This document shows positions 52,601-64,000 of a DNA stretch of 64,000 nt, in pieces (position 1 is the stretch's first letter; each line of letters begins with the position of its first letter). The notes below the pieces were generated by a model. It did no database searches. It worked only from the letters and a program-made list of their open reading frames with translations, and was not told where the DNA came from. This DNA is from Catajapyx aquilonaris (Eukaryota): NCBI GenBank assembly GCA_000934665.2, contig JYFJ02000197.1, positions 62,001 to 126,000 on the forward strand, in the 5' to 3' direction. Both the position numbers and the translations under genes were made by a program.

Positions 52601-55600
52601 GGACATTATTTTGCATTCTTTTCTTTTGAATGCATGTGTCACCGTTCTATGTCAGCAATAATTACCATAACTCGCATTCTTGCAAATCTCAAAATTGCTT
52701 CGTCACCAATTTCATAACACACGCGTAATTCGTAACTCATCACCATAAATCGCAACATGTTTCACTCCTGAACTATTTCCCAAGCCAGCAAACACGCACT
52801 TTTGTTCACATAACATCCTTTGAGCCCAATTTTTTGGTACCAATGGGCGTCCAACCCAAGTGGTCCGATCAACCTAAGAAAAACCCAACCCCTCGTTCTC
52901 TCTCCGGAAAGTTTGTCAACGATGATAAAGTATCCTTTTTTACGATCATACTAACGGATGACACCGGACCAGAGCAATTGTTCCAAAGTGTGCGCCCTAT
53001 TCCCCCTCTTCTCTTCCCTTTTTTTTCAATGTGACCCCCCCACTTTTCCTTTAGGGAGTCTGCAAGGTAGAAAAGTTGGTGAATGGGAGCCGGTGCCATA
53101 AGGTAGCTCCTCGTGAAAGATACCCAAATTCATCCATGAAAAATGAGTTTGGTCGAGGTTCATCGCCCGCGGCATGGCGGCCGCATCTCTTCCCGATTCA
53201 TGATCCTGACCCCGTAAAGTTTTCTCATCAACAAGGATGAAAACCGGGCTCTTGAGTATTATTGTCCGATGTCCCCCTTGCGACAGGATAGGACTTTGAA
53301 AAGGGCGGGCGAAGGGGGGCGAAAGATGGGTGGCGGAGGGAGTTGAAGGGTCTCTTGGTCACCTTCCTCGCTTTTTGTACATCGTTCTAACCCCCATAGG
53401 AATCTATTGGTAGCCTATGAAGCATCTGTCCAAGATGGCCGCCAAAAGGGAGCGTCTCCCTTTAATAAAACTCTGGCCGCGAATCCCCCCCTCACGACAT
53501 GGCTAAAATGATCCTGCCTTGAAATGGAGTCAATGTGGTCGTGTTGGGGGATCCCATTCAGGTCAGGAAGTATTATGAACACGCGGAACAAGCGATGAGT
53601 CCCATAAAGATCCGAAGCTCGCCCCACACCCCCCATCTCCCTGCCCTGTTCTGAGCTGGATTTTTTGGAGAGTCGGGTCCGTTGCAAAAATGCGATTTAT
53701 GTAAGGGGACACTATTGATACAATTATGGCGGAACAGGTTTAAGAGGGGTCAATGAGTCAATTCTTGTTGGATGTTTGCACACCAGTGTCAATAGAGGGG
53801 GCTTCAAAATTTATTTACCAATTTCTTCTACTCTAGTGACCAGGTCACTTTTTGTGCTTCTTCTTAGTGGTTATTAAATTGAAGTAAAATTTGCAACTGA
53901 ATCACTTTAACTGGAAATGCTGGCACATTGCAATAAATCACATTCTCTCAAAAATGTGATTTATGCCAATAAATAGGCTTGAAATAAGCAACAATGTGTT
54001 GTTCGTGTAATATGAGAAGGTCACAAAGTCATCGCGATTTATTTGCGCCTTACACCATAAGAAACAGTCAGGTTTTATTACAATTTTTATGCCGAACATC
54101 GGAGGGCGATTTACTTTGCAAGATAAATTTTCACCTTTCCTGTTCTGGGCTATAAAGTTTCTTAAGACCCACGTCATAAATTCCAGAGCCTGACCGATAG
54201 GTATTTTGAAAATCTTCGCGCCGGACTTTTCTTAACATAAAAGAGCGTATAAATCCTGACACCTTTTCACTCGGCCACACAAGGGAACGGAAAAGGGGCC
54301 TTGCACTCTTCCTAATCACACAGTCTCACAATGCACGTACATTTTTACTCTGCATCCACTGTTTCTCCTCAACATTTTATTGATGCACGTCTTTACTGAG
54401 CTGAGAATTTTACTGCTTACCTGTTGATGAAAGATCGGAATATACTGCATCCGCCTTAGTAAATTCAGAGCAAAGAGATCGAAATGGATTGCATAGACTG
54501 TTTTACTAGGAGTAAAGTTTTGTGTTTAAATTGCCTGTTATGGTATTTCAAAATCTGGACTATCCAGTTTTATTACTACATCAGCGTATCTCTTGAGTAC
54601 GGCATATAAAAATGAAAATTGCGCTTTTAACAAATTGTGGGAATGTATGATCTTTTGTTAGTTGCCAATTTATTCATATTTTCAATGATAATTTTATTTA
54701 ATTGTAGGAGAAAACCCCCCGAGAAAACCTACAGGAAAACGAAGAGAATTTGCCTCCCTCATTAGAAAATCTCTCGGTACATCAGCACGTAGGCCATCAA
54801 ATAATTTGGAAGGTTTTCAAGTAATTTGCACAATTGGGCCATTTGCTAATTATTCTAATTTTGCAAGGCCCAGAAAGAAGCGTTTTATTAACACTGAATA
54901 GCGAAGTGTATCCCCAAACATAATGAGGCCGATTGGTAATGGGAATCTACCCGACCCGTAAAAACGTCATTTTGGCAATCTCAGCATGTAATAAAGAACC
55001 ATATGATAGTGAGAGTACAGCGCACACTGGAAAGGGAGTTGCCAAGGCATAAATATTTACGGGGACCCTTCAAATGTGCAGAAAACTGGCCCTTACCTGT
55101 TACATATTATATGTAATAGGTAAGGTCCAGTTTTCTGTTGTTAAAAAGCAGAATATACAATGTAATATAGACACTTACGACAAGAGGTCTATTAGTCCAA
55201 TAATATATTATAAATCGAATTGCTTCGTAATTTACCCATTCTTATGGTATTACTCATGAAAATTGTGCCACAAAGTCATATAAAATAAAAACACTTTATA
55301 TACTTTTTTGGCATGTTATATCCATGAGAAATCGAGCCTCCATGTCATAATCTCTATTGGTTGAAAATGTGCCAGATATGCCAAAGAGAGGAACAAAAGC
55401 CACATGGGAAGAAGCATGACAGGTAATTAAAATCTCCTTTGCAAGAAATACGCTGTCAAGGGCACAGTCGTGCATCTGAGCAATGACGATCTTGAAATGA
55501 ATATTAATGAGGCACAATATCAGCAGATTCCGTCTCCATAATGTTTCGGGAAATGAACAGTAGGACGGTAATGTTTGCAGTTTTGAATATTGCATATTGT

Positions 55601-58600
55601 CTACTTGACAACTGCATGAATTCCATTGATTTAAATTTAAATTTTTTTAATTGATGTCCTTAAGGAAAGTGGAATAGGCAACACTTTCGAGGTACAATTC
55701 CAGCCGGACTTGTTTCCATATACAAACTCATAACGTCCTGTTTCCTACCTTCTCCCCTTGTATTATCCGTTGGTTGACCCGCCTGTGAACTTGCGACCAA
55801 CCTTATAATTTCACCCGTTCTAGCACACGAGAAGACACGTGATGACAGGCCTCCATTTCTTTTGAACCCTGGTTTTTTCGGCGGGAAATCCACCCTCAAC
55901 TTCAAGACAACTTTCAGCCGGTCAATATTTATTTTTCATACTATTCACCGCTGCACAATCGTAAAAGTGTGCTCCACTTTTATGTGTTACATCTCTTCTT
56001 CATGGGCTCGGCACAGACTTTCACGTCGTCGTTTTTCCCCCTCCAACACGTAACACTGATAACAAATCAGTGGGATGTTACAGTAGATGGGAGAAGGTAT
56101 TGGCAGTTAAGTAGTGGACATAACACGTCAAAAGTAAGAATGACAAAGACGTGACTTGGGATCTATACCGGGGTGATTTGAACGCTCGGCTAGACAAGAA
56201 GCTCTTAGCCTTATAACGGGATGTGGGCAAGGAAGTAGTTTCTATCTAAAAATAACCAAAGGGAATCGCACACAAGCACCATTAACACCGCTTTTCTCTT
56301 AGAACCCACTTATGCAAGCAGCTAAATTGACCTCCAAACCCTACCCATTAGTCGTGAAAGATTAGTCAAGTTTTCAGATTGAATATGGGCCTGGAAAAGG
56401 GTGCCTATTTTGTGTGCCTAATTGGCTCAACATAGTTGAGGCACATTTTATACATTTGTGTAGAATTTAAATGATTGGTATCGTAATGATCAGCGCGTGA
56501 AAGGTGACATAGCTAGGATACCGTATAGATTTTATCCGTGAAATCAAACACGGGCCATGTAAGTTAATGTGTTCACCCGGTGTATATTATGTGCAGTTTA
56601 CCAAGTGCGCCTTTATGCAAATAGTACTTTAGAAAACCCATTCTGTGCTTTGCAACTATGTCACGCAAGTTGTTATTAAGAAAAGTATTACCTGCTTAAT
56701 ATCAAAACAGCGCCTGCATGTTGAAACAACAAGACTCGTTTTTGATCATCAATTTTGACAATTGACTCTAAGGCGGCTACTTCGTTAAATTTTGGCAATA
56801 TTGACTGACCCCAAATGACGTATTTTGGAACAGAAATGAACAAGTGATGCACAGTTTACAATACTAAAATGGTTTGTTTGCTTTTCAGTATTTTTGACTG
56901 GTTAAGCGTTAATGGAATGTAATTTTCCTCAACTGGTTCATTTCCGAACAACAGTGAATTATATCCCAGAGCAACCTGCACTGTACAGAAAAGAAATCAA
57001 AAGGCAGCCTTCAATATGTAAAATATGTAAATAAAATTGTTTAGATACAAGCGCAAAACCTGCCGGTACATCACGTCAACAAAAATATTCGAATAACTGT
57101 GCTTCTTAAGTAATCCAGCAAAGCACGTAAATTTACTTCCCACGATTCCGGTGCCTTATTATTATTATCAGACCCACCGTATCAGTGGAAGGCACTTCTC
57201 CATACCGGGCCGGCCCACCTGCGATAGGGCGCCATCCAACATGAAATAGAGCACAGTCTGACCACAAAGCCCTACATCACCTTCGAGTCACCCACAGTAA
57301 TTGGCATTACCACTAATCTATTCTAGATCACGTTTTCTCATTTAATCCAAGTGTACTCACCTTGGTCATTAGTGGCTGTAGATTCGCGGGGTTACAGCAG
57401 GTGACCCATTGCCAACACACCAAAAATATCAGTTGTCTCTATGTCCGAAAAGCAACACAAGTGCACTGATCACGCGCAATATCCCTCCTTTGGGAGGCGG
57501 CAAAGAAAGCAAGCCAGCCAGCAGTAGATGGACTCTGGATAGCTAGTGGTCCGCAGCTCTTCTGAGGGACAGGTTCACCGTGTTTTTGGTTGCTTCCAAC
57601 AGCCCAACACTGATGGCGCCAGGAGCTGGGTTGGGTACTCTTCTTTCGGGAATGTCTCACCCATACCAACCCACCAACCAACGGCCACCTCTTTGGTAAC
57701 GGGGTCAGATCTTCCACCGATCCTGAGGCAGGCAGGCAACCCCCTTAGGATAAGAATTGGAAAAAAAATAAGCCCGAGTTTTTTCCTGAGCAATCCCTTG
57801 GACTCAACTGAGGGACTCACCTGAGCTCGACTGGCTTGCCTGGGAGGGAGAGGCGCTGTTGCATAACAAGAGAAAAAGAACCCTGGTGTAGGGATATAGG
57901 AATGAGAAGGAATCGCTTCTGAGGCCCTTAGGGAGGAAGGGATATGCTCGAGTGCACTTGAAGCTTACTTTACACGGATTTTTTTTACCTGTTTGTTTTT
58001 GCAGGTCGATTAATGTCAGGTTGTGAAAGTTGGTTCATTGACAAATTTATTGGAACGGGGCGGCCAAGTTTAATTGGATTTTGGCGGTGCGGTACGGATA
58101 ATTTGGGCAAGGTTTTATTGTTTTAAGAGGATGTAAGGTGAATTTGACGCTGGCGCAGATGTTTAGATGGAGATGTGCGTTATAGTTTACTAGAGGTGAA
58201 AAGGTTATACTGTATGTTTTATGTATATGTTTACTGTATATATTAAAACCGGCATGAATTTTTTTAATAGGCAGAATTACATGTCGGGGTTATGAACAGG
58301 GTCACACTGAGCAATATGCTCATGCAATGCCCTAAAGGGAAATCCCCATAATGAGAGGTGGAAATTCCAATAAGGAAAATATGACTGGCATTCAATGGAG
58401 TGATTTCCCACTGCAAGGTATATATGTAATGTATCTGCAAATGTGACTGGCATTTCACAAATGGATTCTACGTGAGATATCACTGGTTATGAAGGCCTGA
58501 CCTGGCTTGGGACAACTGCAAATGACATTTCGTGACACTTTGTTATTAGTTGCTGTGGTGTACTTGGCTGGGTACACAAAGTTTCTCCTTTTATTTGCCT

Positions 58601-61600
58601 TCTTACACGGCAGAAGGGGAAAGGCGCAAAGATATAGCAAAATATATCAGCACAATTTGACTTTTATGTATACAATCCTGAAGAGCCTGAATTTCAGACC
58701 GCATCATTTTATGGCTCTAAATGTATTACTCGTGGAAAATGTAGTGCACTTTCCTTAAATTTTTACAGTTTATACATTAATCTGACATGTATAGGTCTCA
58801 TATCTCAATTTTAAAATTGTTTAATTTCATTGCTAAAAAATCTTCAATTCATTTAGGATGCAAAATTTGTATGGTATTTTATACATGTTAGGCAAATATG
58901 GGTGCAATGATTATAAAACACCATTGCTGTCTTAAAGTGACAATATGATCGTATAGTCGTGTGACTTGAATGCGTGCATCTCGAAGGATCTGCCACAATT
59001 TTTGAATCCACAAGTCGTCACTGGCGGATTCAAATATTTACCTTTCTCTCAAATTCAAGGTTCAGCTCCCACACATTTTGTAAGCATGTTCATGAGGTCG
59101 GATTTACGGTAGGCCACACGTTAACTTGCGTACTTGGTGATGGAGAAATGGCATGAAAACACCGAAAATTGCGACAAGGCCCTTTTATAGGACGGACATT
59201 TTTGCATCTGGGTTAAGTCTTAATTCGCATGAAGAAACCATACAACAGAGAAGTCACGTTATACGTGGACCAATGACTAAGCCTACACGGCTTATGCAAG
59301 ATTGACACTGAGCAATAATTTTTGTGATGGCCTGAATGGCCTTTGGCCACGAAATGCGGCATTGTCTTTTCTTATGTAGCAGTAGGAGTTTTTTTTACAG
59401 TCAAAGAAGAGGAAAGGGAGTAGACATGATGTCAAGCAAAACCAACGTCCGTCCTCAACAGTGTGTGAAGCAACATACTGTATTATGCAACCCTCCATGC
59501 TCTTTTGGAGCCAGGTCTGATGTTTCGTGGCCTCCCAAGTGATCATCTGATCCGCTCTGCTGTGCACCGAGCAGGCGACATATATTCTGAGTCTGCTGAC
59601 TGTACACAATAGTTTTGGCATCCATTACCATCTTTTCTTTGCTTAGACTGGGCGAAACGTTGAATAATCAATTGGATTAGCAACGCATAATTAGGACCAT
59701 AATAGCATGCAGAGTATTGTACGTGTGGGCACACGTGGTAGGATCGTTGACCTTCTCTAAGTCAAAGAGGATTGTCCTCTACGGTAAAGAGCAAACCAAT
59801 ATGGTTAAAGTCAATGACTTAGAAGTTGATATTGATAGGCAATGTCTATTTACAGAATTAATAATTACTTTATGCCTTTTTGCGCCTTACCTAGCTGAGT
59901 CCAATGGCCAATCAGAACTCTTAAACTTACATGGCCATCAGTGGAATCAAATGATGCATTCAGTGGCAATTTTTTGCTCTTTATGCGCATATACTTCTGC
60001 ACAGCACGCATGTCACACGCAGCAGGTACACATACACATGCTTGCTATAACAACTCCAGCAAGTGAATCAACTAACCTTTCTGTTGTTTTGACATCCCTA
60101 GACATTTCTAACTTGCGGGTGGACGGTAAATACGACAAGCGCATGCGAATCAAGCATTACACTTCCTAATTGAAAATAAATGTGCTGCCAACTACCTCGG
60201 ATGAAAATCGACTTGTTTGGCCAGTCTCATTATGAGCCGGTATGAAATAGAGCCTTTGTGACTCACATTGAAAGTTCTGTAGCTGGTTAGTTACTGTCAG
60301 ATTTCATTTACAAGGCACTAAGTTTTTTTAAGCTTAATAACAACCTGAAAATGGTAGATGACAAATGGTTTCAACGCGACAGAGGGTAAAAATTTTCATA
60401 AATAATTTGCGAACATCTTCGGAAGTACCGGTACAAGGAAACCCGCAGAGATTTTTTTTTCTTGCGGAGAGCATGAGACCACAAAAGATGTAACACAAGA
60501 CCTGTGCTGGGGTTTAATTTGGTTAGAGACGAGTAATGAAGCGGCTCACGCGATGGCTTTACCCGAAAAAATAAGAGAAAAAACCAACGGTGGATTGAAA
60601 AATGTCAGCACCACGACTGTGTCAAGATTTCCAAAACGTCGTATATTCCGGTTGCATGTTGACGACCTTTTGACCCTGGTGCCCACAAATTTTCTGCAGA
60701 AAGATAAGTGCGACTTACCGAAACATGTTTCATTGGGGTAGTGGTCGCAAGTTTTAAGAATGCAAATTTTTCTAAGGAGTTGCTTAGAAAATTGAAAAGC
60801 CTTGATTTTTTTTGCCACTTGGGACAAAACGGATTGTTACGGGTGTCTGATTCCGTGTTGCAGCACACTTCCTGGCCTTACAATTAGGTCCTCTCTGAAT
60901 GAACAAAAAAGACGTAATTGTGGAAGAGGCATGAAGAGGAAACTATTTTGTAATTCGGAATGGAAGTTTTTTTATTGGCACCCTAAGTGAGCTCTACTGA
61001 AACCGACATGTTACCAATCGCTAAAAACAAGGTCAGACAATAAAAAAGTAAGGCACGAGCTTCAACGATGCTTCAAAAATGACTAAAAAGCAAAATTACA
61101 TCATTTAAAAAAAATTATTAAACAGAAATTAATTCTGAAAAAAATACCAGACAATGTGTAATGAACACATCTTATTTCTACACCAAACAGTTGCGATTTG
61201 TGGAATAGGCAACTCCTTATTGTGCCCACGAGGATCGTGCAACAATCAAGTCGTGTCGTACGTTACTCGCAAAAATTCCACAACTCAGTATATTACTACT
61301 GTGTCGCAATAATTATGCGAATCACTTGCATGCAGCCATGGAAAAATTACGTGAGCAAGGGGCATCAAATTCCCACAATTCGTTCTAGTTTCACAGAGTT
61401 ACCCTTCTACCCCCATTATTTTATCATCTCCAGTTGGCGTGAGAAAGGAATCTACCAACATGCTATTTCCATTGAACTTTTGATATCTATGTCAAGGATG
61501 AATGCAAAGTAAGAAAGTGGTAAAGCAGCACGCAAGATTTCTGCAAGTTTGGGGTGATCACGAAAAATGTGCCCAGTGCCGTATTTGGCCTGCTGCTGTC

Positions 61601-64000
61601 CTCCGCAATAATTGAGGTTTGCAAAAATTTCGGGGTCTCCTCGCAAGTGTGCAAATAAAATGGGGAGTACGGTCGCGATTGTCAGCCCTGAGATTTGTAG
61701 AGTCCCATTTTGGGAAGAACAATAGTGCATCCTGATTACAGGTTGAAGACTGCGACCCTTCGCTAATTCGCTCGGCCACACCTTCCTTTCTTGCTGGTAG
61801 TGACAACTAAATTAGGCCCGGTTATCACATGCACATGCAAAGAGGTAAACAATGGTTGGAAGGTCATTTCTGCCATATATTAAACAACACCCATTCACTT
61901 GGGTAAAGGCAAGGTCTTAAACGGTGCGATTGACACAATCCGTGTCACATGCGATATTCACAAAAGACGCGAACAAGACATCAAGTTTCATTGCCAATGC
62001 TTAACTATTGTGTGTTCATTTCAAATTTGGCGCCAAAATGATTAATCGCGGATATGCATACAATTAATCATCGTCTCTGTACTGTTCAAGCAAGAGAAAG
62101 AATTTAACTAGTTATTACACGCCAATAAAATTGACTTGACTGCTGAGTCATTGACACCTCCGGACCACCCCCACATTTGGTGACTGCCAGCGTAGGCCTA
62201 CTCTAATCGTGTAGTATGATCACACCTCTTTCTCCTTGAAACCTGGCAGGGTCATCGCGTGAAAATGCTCTCTAAACCTATCAAAATGCTTGGCTTTTAC
62301 TCTTTCCCTATGTTTAGACTTCATGAAAACCGGCATGTGGACGACCATCAAGTGCGATAACATTTGTAATTACCACTCAGAAAAACAAAAAAGTTTTTTT
62401 TTATCAGACGCAAGGAACCAACTCTAAATTCTTGCTCCGTCTTCACCTAACAGGTTTGTATCGTATTGCCCTTCATTTTGAAGCAGCAGCTGAAAAACTA
62501 CTTATACGCCTACTGTCCGGCTCCTTTTTACGTGTCTTTGAGTCCGGTACTGCACAGGTGGTCTGTAGTCATCCAGAAAATACGTCACGCTGGTGGTATA
62601 GGAGGGAGATGATGCCAATGTGACAGATTACTGTGGTGGTGGAGAATGATATTTTTGTCGTATTAAAACTGTATCATACATATGTGAAACGTCAAATAAT
62701 TTTTTAGGTGAATTTTTATTGAATTTTTTAAAATGTCATCAAGTTGTTGACTTCAGCACAAATATTTCAACCAATGTTTTGACGCCAGGAAACAACAACA
62801 CAACGAAAATGGATGGCAACACGGGTCAATTTACAGTTGAACATGCAGAAAATATTACCTCCTGGAGATAAAAGTGCAGATATGACACTGCACTCGTGAG
62901 AAGGAAGTCCCTTCAAATTCGTCAACCTGACGAAGACTCGTGTTGACCCTCGCATGACACGTCCTTTCGGATGTCGCGGACTCGTGACAACTCGATATCA
63001 GATACAAATCATCGTGATGCAGGGAGAAGCCCCCAAAGGACAGTTTCCACGTGAGATGTAGCACTGAGGTGGTCAAAAAAAAATACGGCAGCACAAGATG
63101 CATCAATCTCCACCATGGACCTTTAAACGCAGAGTTTCATCCGGAGTTTTAACAAATGTCAAAGTGACTTGACGAACTGGTGTTACAGCTTTATAAAGAC
63201 TGGTTTTCCTTTAGATCTGCCCAGATATCATAAGCGCAGCAATAAAAATGTTTAAGTAGCTCTTAAGCATGTCGGAAAATTGCTCCAATCCCTGCCGTTT
63301 GTCGCACACTTCACAAGTAGGGTAATTGATTCATATAAGGACATGATTTGTTACCTACTTGCCACCAGTCAATCCCCGACGCAAATTTGCAGAGTTAATT
63401 TATAACTGTAGCTTGTCCATCGGGTATACCGGACCACACTGGATGCAATTTCTAAGCTGGTTGATCGCCCTCCATTAACTTGTCATGAGGGCAATCAAGA
63501 AACCTATCAATGGCGTAATACTGCCTGTACATGACCACACGCAATGCAATCAAACCTTTACCTGATTATTGTGCTTGATTTTTCAATGCCACTAAGGCGC
63601 TGATGCACACCTTGAAAGGGTTGGATTATCTGATATTGTCTATATGGGTTTAAGTCATGAAGAAATAGGATTAAGATAGGACTGCCAGAAGTTGGTTCAA
63701 GTATAGTCCAGAGTGAGATAGCTTTTTTAAGGCCCAGGTGTTAAAAATGGAAATCCCTGAAAAAAAAAAGTGTGGCGATAGAAAACGTGACGGTGATGGA
63801 TAGATTGTGAACCCTCCCTTCTTGGTGTCGACTGGGAAATGAAGCGTTTCGGTTTAGCGAGTCCAGACTAGTTTGTCAACGCGCAGGTCCAGGTTCTAAT
63901 ATATATAAAAAACATTTTCGCGCAGGATTGGAACGAATCGGTTAGAGGCTCGTTAATCACAAACTTGTCACCTGGATGGATTTTCGCAAGCTTACAAAAG

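Overview
Eukaryotic (most likely arthropod) genomic DNA, moderately AT-rich and almost entirely non-coding. The only gene I can support is a minus-strand knirps-family (NR0A: knirps / knirps-related / eagle) nuclear receptor. It has two coding exons (45686-45763 and 42629-43477) separated by a 2208-nt GT-AG intron and encodes 308 aa. The protein has a C4 zinc-finger DNA-binding domain, the knirps box and two PxDLS/T CtBP motifs, and no ligand-binding domain. A splice acceptor directly abuts the ATG, implying an unlocated non-coding 5' exon. About 42 kb downstream and 18 kb upstream contain no recognisable gene and resemble a developmental-gene regulatory desert, with candidate Su(H) and nuclear-receptor sites. 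Also present are a 167-bp Tc1/mariner-like MITE hairpin with TA flanks, a (TAT)20 microsatellite and a poly-G tract containing one N. I found no prokaryotic features, CRISPR array or RNA gene, and no convincing novel multi-gene system. The regulatory findings are hypotheses based on motif counts made by eye.
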